This document shows, piece by piece, positions 63,686 through 64,000 of a stretch of DNA of 64,000 bases. The notes below the pieces were generated by a model that did not search any database, was not told the DNA's origin, and was given only the letters and a program-made list of their open reading frames with translations. This DNA is from Laetmonice hystrix (lineage: Eukaryota): positions 16,680,001-16,744,000 of the forward strand of contig OZ249436.1 of NCBI GenBank assembly GCA_965235115.1, in the 5' to 3' direction. Positions within the stretch are counted from its first letter, which is position 1. Every line of letters starts with the position of its first letter. Position numbers and translations under genes: made by a program.

Positions 63686-64000
63686 TAACTGGGGCTTCAA
63701 GCCCCTTTCCCACCTTCACAATTCTTACGCTTATTCACGCCGATGTCAGATCGTGGCAAGTTTTAGGGAAGTCTTGGGGGTAAATTTAGTTTGGGGAAGA
63801 CCTGAACAGCCGCAAAAGTTTGTTGGTTGTCCCTTATGAAAATCCTGCATCCCCCACTATGGGGGATATCGCCCCGTCCCCCTCCCCCCTCCCCTCAGCA
63901 GTGGCGCCCCTGATTACATGGACCTTCGTAGTCACTTCGATGGCATATGAATTTTCAGGAACCCAGACCTGCCAAGTCCCCCGGTTTCACCGGGGGACTC

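Overview
Eukaryotic (animal, probably marine invertebrate) genomic DNA, intron-rich and dense in repeats; no prokaryotic features, CRISPR or RNA genes were seen. Gene content, reconstructed by hand from splice signals and reading phase: (1) the last coding exon of a mitochondrial ribosomal protein bL27m/MRPL27 gene (+, 992-1186); (2) a complete 5-coding-exon C1GALT1/T-synthase-like GT31 glycosyltransferase (-, 4442-8901, 340 aa); (3) a tandem array of three M13 (neprilysin/ECE-like) type II membrane zinc metallopeptidase genes (+). Copy A is 13168-25521 (17 coding exons, 737 aa), copy B is 29585-45175 (738 aa), and copy C runs from 52213 off the window after exon 13. All three keep HEITH; A and B also show ENIAD and the C-terminal CIIW. 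Introns and spacers hold many TIR/foldback elements, several with TSDs and empty sites in a paralog, plus minisatellites. Two patterns stand out. First, many intronic tandem arrays are built from the splice junction itself (intron end plus first exon bases, or last exon bases plus intron start), giving up to about 27 decoy acceptors or donors next to the real one, with different copy numbers in each paralog. Second, the young B/C pair differs mainly by amino-acid-changing substitutions in the segments equivalent to neprilysin's substrate-binding subsites. Most long ORFs in the supplied track are repeat artefacts.
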